Of a stretch of 64,000 bases of DNA, positions 53,377 to 63,528 are shown in pieces. This DNA is from Candidatus Woesearchaeota archaeon. GTDB taxonomy: Archaea > Nanobdellota > Nanobdellia > Woesearchaeales > SKIA01. The notes under the pieces were generated by a model that did not search any database, was not told the DNA's origin, and worked only from the letters and a program-made list of their open reading frames with translations. A program made the translations under genes and the position numbers. The stretch covers positions 131,890-195,889 of the forward strand of contig JBJKRI010000003.1 in assembly GCA_046704725.1 (NCBI GenBank), written 5' to 3'. Numbering within the stretch: the first letter of the stretch is position 1; the number at the start of each line of letters is the position of its first letter.

Positions 53377-55767
53377 TCAGTTCTTTTCAACACCCGCGAC
53401 GTTCAGACGTGTTTTCACGGCGGTGTCTGGATTCACGCTGATGCTGTCTATGCCGTTCTCCACGACGAATCTCGCCATCTCCGGCCAGTCTGATACGGCT
53501 TGGCCGCAGAACCCGATGTACTTGCCCTTCTCGGTGCACTTCTTGATGACCTGTGCGATCAGGCTCTTGACGGCGTCGTCGCGCTCGTCGTACACGTGCG
53601 AGACCAGTTCGGAGTCTCTGTCCACGCCGAGCGTGAGCTGCGTGAGGTCGTTTGAGCCGATGCTGTAGCCGTCGAACACCTCGAGGAAGGCGTCGGCGTT
53701 GATCACGTTGCTCGGGATCTCGCACATGGCGTATATCTCGACATCCGGCTGCCGCAGTCCATGCTCGTTGAGTATGGACACGACCTTCTTGCCTTCTGTC
53801 ACAGTGCGGCAGAACGGCACCATGAGCTTGATGTTCGAGAGGCCGTACTCGTAGATGGCCTTGTGGAACGCCTTGCACTCGATGACGAACGCGTCCTTGT
53901 ACTTCGCGTCGTAATAGCGCGACGCTCCGCGCCAGCCGATCATGGGATTGTCCTCTTTCGGCTCGAAGTTCGTGCCGCCGATCAGCGACGCGTACTCGTT
54001 GCTCTTGAAGTCCGCCATGCGCACGATCACGGTCTTCGGATAGAACGCGGCCGCGATGCGCCCGATGCCCTGGGCGAGCCGTTCGATGTAGAAGCCGACC
54101 CTGTCGTCGTATCCTTTGGTGGCGTCGTCGATCTGTTTCTTGGTCCCGTCGTCGAGCGTGTCGTAGTGCAAGAGCGCGAGCGGGTGCACCTTGATGGCGC
54201 TGGTGATGATGAATTCCTCTCTCGCGAGCCCGACGCCGTCGTTGGGCAGGTGCGAGAGCTCGAAGGCCTGGTCGGGGTTGCCGACGTTCATCATGATCTT
54301 GGTCCTCGTCTCGGGTATCTCGTCGAGGTTCTTGCGGTCCACGTCGAACGCGAGCTCCCCTTCGTAGACGTAGCCGGTCTTTCCTTGGCTGCAGTCCACG
54401 GTGACCTTTTGGCCGTTGTGCAGTCGTTCGGTCGAGTCATCCGTGCCCACGACGCATGGGATCCCGAGCTCCCTGCTGATGATGGCGGCGTGGCAGGTAC
54501 GCCCGCCGCGGTTCGTCACGATCGCGGAGGCGATCTTCATGATCGGCTCCCAGTCCGGGTCCGTCATGTCCGTGACCAATACCTCTCCTTCGTTGAACGC
54601 GCCGATGTTGTGCACGTCCTTGATGACGTGCGCCGCTCCCGCGCCGATGCGCTCGCCGACGGACGATCCTTGCACGAGCACGTTGCCCTTTTCCTTCAGG
54701 CGGTATGTCTCGAGCACGTTGGCCTTGTCCTGGCTGTGCACCGTCTCGGGTCGCGCTTGCACGATGAATAGCTCGTTGGTGACGCCGTCCTTCGCCCATT
54801 CCATGTCCATGGGGGTGTAGTGGTCCCGACGTGAGGAGTAGTGCTCCTCGATCGTCGTCGCCCAGGACGCTAATGTCAGTATCTCGTCGTCGGTCAGGCA
54901 GAACTTGTCGCGGTCGGCTTGGGGGACCTCGACGTTCTTCGTGGGCTTCGCGCTGTCGGTCGTGTAGACCATCTTGATGCGCTTCTCCCCGAGCTCCTTG
55001 CCGATGATCGGGCGCTTGCCCTGCTTGAGCGTGGGCTTGAACACATAGTACTCGTCCGGGTTGACGGCGCCTTGCACGACGTTCTCTCCCAGGCCCCAGG
55101 CCGCGGTGATGAATGCGGCGTCCTTGAATCCGGATTCGGTGTCTATGCTGAACATCACGCCGCTGCACGCGCGGTCGCTGCGCACCATCTTCTGCACGCC
55201 CACAGACAGCGCGACGCTGAAATGGTCGAAGCCCTTGTCGACGCGATAGCTGATTGCGCGGTTGGTGAATAGCGATGCGATGCATTTCTTCACGGCTTCG
55301 AGCAGCATGGCGTCTCCGTGGATGTTCAGGAAGGTCTCTTGCTGTCCGGCGAACGATGCGTCGGGCAGGTCTTCTGCTGTCGCCGAGGACCGTACGGCTA
55401 CGTCTGTCATCTCGCCGTACTGCTCGCACAGGTGTGCGTACGATTCCGTGACCGCTTTGCGCAGGTCTTCGGGGAATTGTGCTGCGAGTATCGCGTTTCG
55501 CACGCGCTGTCCGCGCTCGGACAGGTTGTTCATGTCTCGGGTGTCTAGGTCTTTGAGGATGTCCCGGATCTCCTTCATGAGACCTGCGTCTTCCATGAAA
55601 TGGCGATAGGCTGTTGCCGTCAGTGCGAAACCGTTCGGGATGCGGACCCCTTTCTCCTGGAGCCGCCGGTACATCTCTCCCAAAGAAGCGTTCTTGCCTC
55701 CCACGAGGGGGACGTCCTCCATCGCGAGCTGGTCGAACCACAGGATGTGGGCGCTTTGCTTGTCCAC
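53377..55767 (-). CDS. ppsA: Phosphoenolpyruvate synthase
   Basis: VGGKNASLGEM, VAVRSSATAED..SFAGQQ, VQARPETV, GGRTCHAAI..RELG, GWRGASRY, SIGSNDLTQ; GAGGTG SD before GTG. Confidence 0.97.
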   Translation of the reverse strand: MDKQSAHILWFDQLAMEDVPLVGGKNASLGEMYRRLQEKGVRIPNGFALTATAYRHFMEDAGLMKEIRDILKDLDTRDMNNLSERGQRVRNAILAAQFPEDLRKAVTESYAHLCEQYGEMTDVAVRSSATAEDLPDASFAGQQETFLNIHGDAMLLEAVKKCIASLFTNRAISYRVDKGFDHFSVALSVGVQKMVRSDRACSGVMFSIDTESGFKDAAFITAAWGLGENVVQGAVNPDEYYVFKPTLKQGKRPIIGKELGEKRIKMVYTTDSAKPTKNVEVPQADRDKFCLTDDEILTLASWATTIEEHYSSRRDHYTPMDMEWAKDGVTNELFIVQARPETVHSQDKANVLETYRLKEKGNVLVQGSSVGERIGAGAAHVIKDVHNIGAFNEGEVLVTDMTDPDWEPIMKIASAIVTNRGGRTCHAAIISRELGIPCVVGTDDSTERLHNGQKVTVDCSQGKTGYVYEGELAFDVDRKNLDEIPETRTKIMMNVGNPDQAFELSHLPNDGVGLAREEFIITSAIKVHPLALLHYDTLDDGTKKQIDDATKGYDDRVGFYIERLAQGIGRIAAAFYPKTVIVRMADFKSNEYASLIGGTNFEPKEDNPMIGWRGASRYYDAKYKDAFVIECKAFHKAIYEYGLSNIKLMVPFCRTVTEGKKVVSILNEHGLRQPDVEIYAMCEIPSNVINADAFLEVFDGYSIGSNDLTQLTLGVDRDSELVSHVYDERDDAVKSLIAQVIKKCTEKGKYIGFCGQAVSDWPEMARFVVENGIDSISVNPDTAVKTRLNVAGVEKN

Positions 55768-55871
55768 TGCATACTCACCTCTGCATGCTTTCCCCAATCC
55801 CTCGTTTATAAATTCTATGGTGGATTGCCCCTGCCCATACGTTTAAATCGGAAGGCCTCCCGATGCATTCC

Positions 55872-56534
55872 ATGGATTGGAAGGGGTGGGTAGTGGTATT
55901 CGTCCTGCTGTCGCCCTTCGTGCACGCGACCCTCACTGTTCCTGCTGGTGGCGCGGCGAGCTTCCCGCTCACCCTCCAGAACAATCACAGTGTCGCTATC
56001 GCCGTGAACGTGAGCGTGAACGGCGCGACGGTCTCCGGGCGCTCGGAGGTCTCCTTGCAGATCCCCGCCCACCAGAACCGGACGGTAGAGCTCCGCGTGA
56101 CCGCGCCGGCGCACGCTGTTCCCGGCTCGTCCATCCCCGTCACCTACATGATTACGCAAGGGAATTTCTCTCCGGTGAACGGGACGATCACCGCGACGGT
56201 TGCGTCCGGTCCGTCGTCCAACAATCATCTCCTGGCCGCGTTGGGCATCTTGCTCGCGGCAGCGCTCGTCGTGCTCGTCATCATTTATACGCGTCGCACG
56301 CGCGTTCCCAAGGATGCGTTCGTCAGCCATGGCGGCTACGCGACGACGTTGCAGGAGCTCGCGACCCTCATCGACTCCATGCCTGAAGAGGCCTTGCGCG
56401 AGCACCTATCGCTCAACGGCAACGAGATCGCGAACTGGGCGTACTACAAGACCCGCGACGCCGCGCTCTATCGTGCCTTGCGCGACGCACGGGATCGTCA
56501 GACGCTCCTGCAGACCTTGCTCGGTTCGCTTTAG
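55872..56534 (+). CDS. Membrane protein: signal peptide, Ig-like domain, TM, small cytoplasmic domain
   Basis: FPLTLQN..V.LRVTAP..PG Ig-like region; AF....G....TL.EL..I..M..HL..N.IANW C-terminal domain. Confidence 0.65.
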   Translation: MDWKGWVVVFVLLSPFVHATLTVPAGGAASFPLTLQNNHSVAIAVNVSVNGATVSGRSEVSLQIPAHQNRTVELRVTAPAHAVPGSSIPVTYMITQGNFSPVNGTITATVASGPSSNNHLLAALGILLAAALVVLVIIYTRRTRVPKDAFVSHGGYATTLQELATLIDSMPEEALREHLSLNGNEIANWAYYKTRDAALYRALRDARDRQTLLQTLLGSL

Positions 56535-57277
56535 CGCATCGCGTTCCATGAGGCGTCGCCGTACTTGTGCACCGCCAGTTCTCTCGCGCGGTCCTGCTCG
56601 TGCTCTGTCCACCCGCCTGGGTGTGCGTCGTATGCCTTGACGAATGCCTTGCGCAACGCCGCTTCAACCTGTTCTCTCGTCGCTTCCGATTCCTGCGCGA
56701 CGCTTGTGACCGCGCTCTTCACGCTCGTCACGAACGGCTTGTCCGAGAGCTTGCTCTTGTCTGGTGTGAGGTAGCGGAACATACGTTCCGGCTCGACCGA
56801 CAGCAGGATGGTCCCGTGCTGCAAGAGCACGCCGTTGCGTCGCGTCTGGGCGTTGCCGCTGATCTTCTTTTTCCCCACGATCAGGTCGTTGATGGGTCGG
56901 AACTCTGCCTTTATGCCGACGTTCGCGAGCCCCTCGATGAGCACGTCGCAGATCCTCGTGTATGATTCGGTGATGTCGTCGGGGAAGTCCTCTTCCCTGC
57001 CGATGATGCTGTACGTGACCTCTCCTTCATTGTCGTGGTAGACTGCTCCTCCGCCCGTCTGTCGCCGCACGATGTCCACGCCGTCCTGCTTGCACGCTTT
57101 TGTGTCGACTTCGTCGGTCAGGCATTGGAAGTAGCCGATGGAGACTGCGCTCGGTTTCCAGCGGTACAACCGGATGGTGTTGGGCCCGCCGTCCCTGATG
57201 GATTCCATGCACGCCTCGTCGAACGCCATGTTCTGCGCGGCGGTCATCGTCTGCAGCGGGATGATGCGGAAAGTCAC
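56531..57277 (-). CDS. lplA: Lipoate-protein ligase A, catalytic subunit
   Basis: NMAFDE..RLY.W..SIGYFQ..VRRQTGGGAVYHD..NDL..KKISGNAQ..QHGT. Confidence 0.92.
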   Translation of the reverse strand: MTFRIIPLQTMTAAQNMAFDEACMESIRDGGPNTIRLYRWKPSAVSIGYFQCLTDEVDTKACKQDGVDIVRRQTGGGAVYHDNEGEVTYSIIGREEDFPDDITESYTRICDVLIEGLANVGIKAEFRPINDLIVGKKKISGNAQTRRNGVLLQHGTILLSVEPERMFRYLTPDKSKLSDKPFVTSVKSAVTSVAQESEATREQVEAALRKAFVKAYDAHPGGWTEHEQDRARELAVHKYGDASWNAMR

Positions 57278-57546
57278 TCCAATTCCTCCACGGCCGCGAC
57301 GATATCCGCTGTGGTGATTCCCGACAACCGGATGCGCTCGCGCTCCACGACGTAATCGAGCACGTCCTTGAGGTCCGTGCTATCCACGGGGAATCCCTCC
57401 AGCGCTTCTTCCAACGCGGCGATCTTCTCTGGTGGCATGAGGAAGAAATCCCCCGAGAGCTGTGGGGCGGTGATGCGTCCTTCGTTGAGGCCGCACTTGA
57501 GCCGTAGCAGCTTTCCGCCGGGCACTTTCCGTGTCACTGTGCGCAT
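57274..57546 (-). CDS. Lipoate-protein ligase C-terminal subunit (LplB-like)
   Basis: KVPGGKLL..I....SGDFF..P.E.I..LE..L.G. Confidence 0.85.
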   Translation of the reverse strand: MRTVTRKVPGGKLLRLKCGLNEGRITAPQLSGDFFLMPPEKIAALEEALEGFPVDSTDLKDVLDYVVERERIRLSGITTADIVAAVEELE

Positions 57547-57577
57547 GTCCGCATCTCAGGAGAGGCGCTTAAGAATG

Positions 57578-57796
57578 TTATCGTCGCAGGTACGCCCGCA
57601 CCCGTTGCGGGACGTCTTTGAGGTACGTGTAGAGTGGTTTGAGGTCCCTGTGTAGCGCCCGGAGTATCTCGTCTGTGGGGCTTTGGGGGATCTGCGTATC
57701 AATCGCTCGGAAATCGTCGCGCGTTGGCCTTTCGAGCATTTCCTCTATGGGGGGTGCTGGCCGGTCGCGTGGAGCGTCGAATCCCCAGAGTGCCAT
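57578..57796 (-). CDS. Small hypothetical protein
   Basis: 72-aa ORF with TTTATAA box ~25 bp upstream. Confidence 0.4.
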   Translation of the reverse strand: MALWGFDAPRDRPAPPIEEMLERPTRDDFRAIDTQIPQSPTDEILRALHRDLKPLYTYLKDVPQRVRAYLRR

Positions 57797-57899
57797 GTTC
57801 TTAGGAGGGGCTTTTCGCTTATAAACTGATGCTGGTCTTTCTCATTTTTTCCCAAGGTCGAAGCATATGATTTATATATAATGACTACTGACCAGTGAC

Positions 57900-59240
57900 A
57901 TGACTGCAGACCCTCTTGATCTCGGCATGGTGCCCGTCGAGCAACCGGACGGCTCCACGAGATGGACCTGGCCGGAGGTTCGCGCGGACGACAGAGCGAA
58001 AAGAGAGCTCGAAGGCGAGGAGATAGAACGCATCCTCGAATGGGGAAACGGGTATTTCCAGGGCCACAGCCGCGAACTGCTCGAAGGCTTTCTGGACGGA
58101 CGTTGGGATGTGGAGGAACACGAATTGGATCGTATCGAAACACGGGTCCAGCGACTCATGGACAAGGATATCCCTCCGGTCTTCCAGCAAACATGGGAAT
58201 CTGTCTCGAGCGGCTACCACGATGGCCATGGGCGTTTCTTCAAGGAGTATCCGGTTCTCGACGAGATCATCAACATCTTCAAGACAGGTAAAAGCCGACA
58301 TCCGATAGACAGGTCGTATGCTGCGCCAGCGCCGGTCCACAGCATCTTGCACTTCCGTGACTACGCCCTGCGTCCGGACATCGCGAAAACGGTCGAGCTC
58401 GAGCTTCAGCTCCGGGTCCAGCACATCTATCGCGCGCAGTTGCGCGAAAAGGATTCGCGGAGCATCATGTGGAATATCCGCAAGGGATTCAGGCACCTGA
58501 AAAGAGGTCTTGCGGCGATGCCGGCACGTCCGGAGTACCTGTCATACAATCCGGACAAGCGCACGGCTCCGGAAATCGTCAAGAGACGGTTCTGGTACAC
58601 CCGCTTCAAGCCGGACGACATCAAAGCCATCGTCGGCGACTACTGGCAGGCTGTGGAGGAGGAACTGGACGCCGGGAAGTCGCACAGGGGAAGAACTGTG
58701 TTGTTGAATGCGGGGTTCTCCGGGTATCGAGTAGTGAAAAAGCTCTTCCCGGATCAATCTCCTTCTCCCGAAGAGCTCGAGGCGCGCGCCGCTCACGCGT
58801 ATTCACGACGGATAGTGGATGCTGCGGTCCCGAAGAGAGCGTGGGGTCTCGTGACGAAAACGGTCATCGCCGGCCTCGACGATTACGAGAAGAAGGTTCT
58901 CCAAGGGGAAGTGAACGCGTACCTGCGCGAACGTGCGGTCGAACTACGCGATCTGAACAAACCGAAGATCCATGCGTTGAGCGGTATCGGACTGCCGTAT
59001 TCGATCATCGACGACGTGCCCGTAGAACTGGATGCAGTCCACGCACAAGTCGCGAAGCAGGCCACACCGGACGAGGTGGCAGATTCGCTCAGCGGGATAA
59101 ACGCACTTTTCATGCGATATCGTCCCACCACCCGAGCGGTTGTCGAGCAGAAGCTCGCGGAATATCTGCAATCGGCCCCAGACCCGTCTGCGGTTGACGA
59201 ACTCCCTGGTTTCCTCGTCCGGGGCGCGATGAGCCTGTAG
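57900..59240 (+). CDS. Hypothetical protein (ORFan, 446 aa)
   Basis: Long ORF, TTTATATA box upstream, no recognised motif. Confidence 0.65.
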   Translation: MTADPLDLGMVPVEQPDGSTRWTWPEVRADDRAKRELEGEEIERILEWGNGYFQGHSRELLEGFLDGRWDVEEHELDRIETRVQRLMDKDIPPVFQQTWESVSSGYHDGHGRFFKEYPVLDEIINIFKTGKSRHPIDRSYAAPAPVHSILHFRDYALRPDIAKTVELELQLRVQHIYRAQLREKDSRSIMWNIRKGFRHLKRGLAAMPARPEYLSYNPDKRTAPEIVKRRFWYTRFKPDDIKAIVGDYWQAVEEELDAGKSHRGRTVLLNAGFSGYRVVKKLFPDQSPSPEELEARAAHAYSRRIVDAAVPKRAWGLVTKTVIAGLDDYEKKVLQGEVNAYLRERAVELRDLNKPKIHALSGIGLPYSIIDDVPVELDAVHAQVAKQATPDEVADSLSGINALFMRYRPTTRAVVEQKLAEYLQSAPDPSAVDELPGFLVRGAMSL

Positions 59241-59289
59241 CGACACCTTTATAGCCGTTGAGCATAAGCCATCGGTAAGAGGTGAGTCG

Positions 59290-60264
59290 ATGAGTCTTCC
59301 GCTGCTCGAACCGGAATTGCGTCCCGTGCCCAGAGAGGAGTTCATCAAGCGTCTCAAGACCAATATCAAGACACCCAAGCAAGAGGGTGTCAGCAGCCTG
59401 GGAAAGCCCGACTGGCTCAAGATACGCCCGCCCACCGACACCTATCACGACCTGCGTTCGCGTCTGCGGGAGCTCGGTCTTGTGACTGTATGTCAGGAAT
59501 CACACTGTCCGAACATGGCCGAGTGCTGGAGCGGCGGGACAGCGACCTTCATGATACTCGGCGACACGTGCACGCGCGCGTGCAAGTTCTGCGCGGTGAA
59601 AGCGCGCGGCCAGCCCGAGCCGCCCGATCCCGACGAGCCCCGCAAGATCGTTGAGGCCGTCGGATTGATGAAGGCGCGTTACGTCGTATTGACGTGCGTG
59701 GACCGCGACGACCTTCCCGATGGCGGGGCCTCGCACTGGTTCACCGTCATCAGCGAACTCAAGAAAGCCTATCCTGACGTCTTGGTGGAGGCCTTGATCG
59801 GCGACTTCCAGGGCAATGAAGAGCATCTCAAGACGGTGCTCGACAGCGGCGTGGACGTGCTCGCGCACAACGTCGAGACCGTCAAGCGATTGCAATCGAC
59901 GGTCCGCGACCGCCGCGCCAACTACGCGCAGTCGCTCGGCGTGCTGCGCAACGCGAAAATGATGCGCCCCGACATCAAGACGAAGTCTTCGCTCATGGTC
60001 GGCCTCGGCGAGACGTACGAGGAGCTCTGCGAGGCGATGGACGATCTGCGCGCCGTGGACTGCGACATCATCACCTTCGGCCAGTACCTGCGCCCCTCGA
60101 CATGGCATCTGCCGGTCGAGCGCTACATGCCCCCCGAGGAGTTCAAGCGTCTGGAGAGCGACGCGCGCGACAAGGGCTTCTTGTACTGCGCCGCCGGACC
60201 TTTCGTCCGCAGTTCGTACCGTGCCGCCGAGCTCTTCGCCGAGGGACTGCTGCGTCAGAAGTGA
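59290..60264 (+). CDS. lipA: Lipoyl synthase
   Basis: KPDWLK, CQESHCPNMAECW, CTRACKFC, GQYLRP, VRSSY. Confidence 0.96.
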   Translation: MSLPLLEPELRPVPREEFIKRLKTNIKTPKQEGVSSLGKPDWLKIRPPTDTYHDLRSRLRELGLVTVCQESHCPNMAECWSGGTATFMILGDTCTRACKFCAVKARGQPEPPDPDEPRKIVEAVGLMKARYVVLTCVDRDDLPDGGASHWFTVISELKKAYPDVLVEALIGDFQGNEEHLKTVLDSGVDVLAHNVETVKRLQSTVRDRRANYAQSLGVLRNAKMMRPDIKTKSSLMVGLGETYEELCEAMDDLRAVDCDIITFGQYLRPSTWHLPVERYMPPEEFKRLESDARDKGFLYCAAGPFVRSSYRAAELFAEGLLRQK

Positions 60265-61299
60265 CTACAGCGTCCGTTGCACGCACATCCTCTTGAGCGT
60301 CGAGAGCTCTTTCGCGCTCATGGGCTCTCCGTCGACGTGATTGACCTGCCACAGGCCGCTCTCTCGCACCGCTTTGACCGGGGAGCGGTTGCCGAGCCAG
60401 TGCTCGCTCGCATGGCACGACGGGCAGGAAGCGACGGTCGCGATGAGCCGTGCCTCCCACAGCAACCGGTCGTATTTTCGTGCGACGGGTATCGTGCAGA
60501 ACGACAGGTTCTTGCGCAGGTATCGCGTCACGCGCTTCTCCACGGCGCGTTGCTTTTCCATGTCGATGCGTCCTGCGTGCTTCTCCCGCTCTTTGCGCGT
60601 CGTGAGATCGATGTTCCACTGCGCGAGGAATGGGTCGTTCGCGAGCAGGCAGCGCTCGACGTGTTTCCTGAAGATGCTGCGGTCCTTGTTCTCGTCCACG
60701 AAGTGCTGCCGCAATCGCGAACGCAGTTGGTGGTCGCCCGTGTGCGTTCCCACGCGCACGATGCGCGCCCCGCCGTGCGCCTCCTCGCCCTCGTCGAAGA
60801 GCACGTAGATGCCGTCGCGCGTAATGTCCTCTTCCTCGAACGGGAAGCGCTGCCGCGGCAGGGAGCGCAGGAATGCGTGCAGTTCCGCACAGTTCTCCGC
60901 ACGCGAAAGGAAGGCGAGCTGCTTTCCGATGCCAAGTCCCTCCATCGGGATGGTGTGGTGCGTGAGGTACGGTAGCAAGGATTCCCTGTACCGCTCGCCA
61001 GCGAGTATCAGGAAGTCGTCGTGCTGAAGGTCCGCGACACGTCGCAATCGCTGCAGTACGTCTTTCGCCCACCTCTCGCGTTCCGCTTTCCCCATACGGT
61101 TGAGGGTGGTGTCGTACGGCTCGGTCACGGTACCCGGCTTCACCAATCCGTGCTTCGCGCTCAGGATGTAGACGCGATCCGCGTTTTGCGAGGCGTAGCG
61201 GTACGCCTTGCGGAAGAGCGGGCTCGTGTAGAGCTGTTTCGCCCGCGCGGCGTGGTCGAGCTTCTGCGAGACGCACGAGACGAGCGCGATACGCGTCAT
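60265..61299 (-). CDS. DUF6884-like domain fused to GIY-YIG-like nuclease domain
   Basis: ALVSC..K...A..LY.SPLF..ILSAKHGL..EPYD..L; then GIYVLF..IVRVGTH..LRSRL..HF. Confidence 0.6.
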   Translation of the reverse strand: MTRIALVSCVSQKLDHAARAKQLYTSPLFRKAYRYASQNADRVYILSAKHGLVKPGTVTEPYDTTLNRMGKAERERWAKDVLQRLRRVADLQHDDFLILAGERYRESLLPYLTHHTIPMEGLGIGKQLAFLSRAENCAELHAFLRSLPRQRFPFEEEDITRDGIYVLFDEGEEAHGGARIVRVGTHTGDHQLRSRLRQHFVDENKDRSIFRKHVERCLLANDPFLAQWNIDLTTRKEREKHAGRIDMEKQRAVEKRVTRYLRKNLSFCTIPVARKYDRLLWEARLIATVASCPSCHASEHWLGNRSPVKAVRESGLWQVNHVDGEPMSAKELSTLKRMCVQRTL

Positions 61300-61484
61300 C
61301 TTGACCGCCTCATCGCCGTCAAGGTACGGAGCGCCATGGGAGAAGGCCGTCCGTCCTCCTTCTTTACGTTTTACCTTCAAAGAGCGCTATCCTCGCATAT
61401 TCGAGCAGAACGCTTATAAGGGATGGGTTCGGCTGTGGACAGCAGAGGTGAGCACAGAGTGATTCTGCCACGGAGCGTGCGACG

Positions 61485-62558
61485 ATGAGAAAGGACGTCG
61501 CGCACTTCGATATCCCGTACGTCCAGCTCCTCGACGAGGAGGGCAATCCGCAGGGCGACCTGCCGCAATTGTCCGACGATGATATCAGGACGTTGTATTG
61601 GTACATGGTCTTGGGCCGCGCCTTGGACCGCAAGATGCTCACCTTGCAGCGCCAGGGGCGTATCGGCACCTTCGCCTCCACCGAGGGCCAGGAGGCCTGC
61701 CAGGCGGGCAGCGCCTTCCAGTTGCGCAAGGAGGACTGGATGGTCATCGCTTTCCGAGAGAACGTCGCTTGCCTCGTCAGGGGCATCCCCATGCTCAGCA
61801 TCATCCAGTACTGGGGCGGTGACGAGCGCGGCAGCAAGGTCGCGGACGACCAGCGGACCTTGCCGGTCGCCATCCCCGTCGGCAGCCAACCCACGCACGC
61901 TGTCGGCCTCGCCTACGCCGAGCGCTACCGGCACAAGACCGATAACGTCTCCCTCGTGTACTTCGGCGACGGCGCCACCAGCGAGGGGGAGTTCCACGAG
62001 GCGCTCAACCTGTCGGGCGTCTACCAGACACCGACGATCTTCTTCTGCCAGGACAACCAGTACGCCATCAGCGTGCCGCGCGAGCACCAGACCCACGCCG
62101 CGACCCTCGCGCAAAAAGCGGTCGCGTACGGCATCCCCGGCGTGCAGGTCGACGGCAACGATGTGCTTGCTGTCTACCAGGTCACGAAAGACGCGATCGA
62201 GCGTGCGCGAAAAGGCGAAGGACCCACGCTCATCGAGGCGATCACGTATCGTCTCGGCAACCACACCACATCCGATGATTACAAGCATTACCGCAAGGAG
62301 GCCGAGGTCGAGCAGTGGCGCAAGAAGGACCCTGTCGACCGCCTGCGCAAGTTCATGGAGAAGCGCGGCATCTGGAACGCCGAGCACGAGGAGGGCGCGT
62401 GGAAGCACGCGACAGAACTCGTCGAGCAGGCCGTGGACGAGTATGAGAAGCTCGCGCCCCAACCCCCCGAGATGCTCTTCGATTATCTCTACGAGGAATT
62501 GCCTCCCCTCATCGCGCGCCAGAAAGAGGCGTTCCTGAAGGAGGTGCAGCATGACTGA
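61485..62558 (+). CDS. pdhA: Pyruvate/2-oxoacid dehydrogenase E1 alpha
   Basis: LQRQGRIG..GQEA..FGDGATSEGEFHE..NQYAIS..DGND..YR..HTTSDD. Confidence 0.93.
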   Translation: MRKDVAHFDIPYVQLLDEEGNPQGDLPQLSDDDIRTLYWYMVLGRALDRKMLTLQRQGRIGTFASTEGQEACQAGSAFQLRKEDWMVIAFRENVACLVRGIPMLSIIQYWGGDERGSKVADDQRTLPVAIPVGSQPTHAVGLAYAERYRHKTDNVSLVYFGDGATSEGEFHEALNLSGVYQTPTIFFCQDNQYAISVPREHQTHAATLAQKAVAYGIPGVQVDGNDVLAVYQVTKDAIERARKGEGPTLIEAITYRLGNHTTSDDYKHYRKEAEVEQWRKKDPVDRLRKFMEKRGIWNAEHEEGAWKHATELVEQAVDEYEKLAPQPPEMLFDYLYEELPPLIARQKEAFLKEVQHD

Positions 62559-63528
62559 GCGCACCATCATCCAGGCCATCAACAACGCCTTGGACATCGC
62601 TATGGGCCAGGACGAGGGCGTCGTGGTCATGGGCGAGGACGTCGGCCGAGACGGCGGTGTCTTCCGCGCGACCGAGGGCTTGGTGGACAAGTACGGCAAG
62701 GAGCGCGTCATGGACACGCCCATCAGCGAGGCCGGCATCACGGGCATGGCCTTGGGCATGGCGATCGACGGCATGCGCCCGGTCGTCGAGGTGCAGTTCA
62801 GCGGCTTCATCTATCCTGCTTGGCAGGAGATCGTCAGCCACGTCGCTCGCATGCGCAACCGCAGCCGGGGACGCTTCACCGCTCCCATGGTCATCCGCAG
62901 CCCCTACGGCGGTGGCATCAATGCGCTCGAGCATCACAGCGAATCCATGGAGGCCATGTACGCGCACATCCCTGGTCTGAAGGTCGTCATACCGAGCACG
63001 CCGAAAGAGGCGAAGGGCTTGCTGTTGTCCGCCATCCGAGACCCCGACCCTGTATTGTTCCTCGAGCCCAAGAAGGTGTATCGCGCCTTCAAAGAAGAGG
63101 TCCCCGACGACGATTATATGATCCCGCTATCGAAAGCGCGCGTCGTCCAGGAAGGCAATCAAGTGACCGTCATCGCCTATGGCGCCATGCTCCATCACGC
63201 GTTGTCCGCCGTAAAAGACGCCCAGCGCAAGAGCATCAGCTGCGAGGTCATCGACCTGCGCACCATCATGCCGTGGGATGTCGACACCGTCATCGCGAGC
63301 GTGAAGAAGACCGGACGCTGCGTGGTCGTGCACGAGGCGACCAAGACCGCTGGTTTTGCAGCGGAGATCATCGCGACCATCAATGAGGACGCGTTGCTCT
63401 ATCTCGAAGCGCCCGTGGCGCGCGTCACCGGTTACGACATCATCATGCCGCTGCTCAAGAGCGAGAAGAAGCAATTGCCGAGCGCCGACCGGATACTGGA
63501 GGCGATCGAGCGGACGGTGAGGTTCTGA
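62551..63528 (+). CDS. pdhB: Pyruvate/2-oxoacid dehydrogenase E1 beta
   Basis: GEDVG..GGVFRAT.GL..DTPISE..E.QF..HHSES.EA..FLEPK..IDLRT. Confidence 0.94.
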   Translation: MTERTIIQAINNALDIAMGQDEGVVVMGEDVGRDGGVFRATEGLVDKYGKERVMDTPISEAGITGMALGMAIDGMRPVVEVQFSGFIYPAWQEIVSHVARMRNRSRGRFTAPMVIRSPYGGGINALEHHSESMEAMYAHIPGLKVVIPSTPKEAKGLLLSAIRDPDPVLFLEPKKVYRAFKEEVPDDDYMIPLSKARVVQEGNQVTVIAYGAMLHHALSAVKDAQRKSISCEVIDLRTIMPWDVDTVIASVKKTGRCVVVHEATKTAGFAAEIIATINEDALLYLEAPVARVTGYDIIMPLLKSEKKQLPSADRILEAIERTVRF

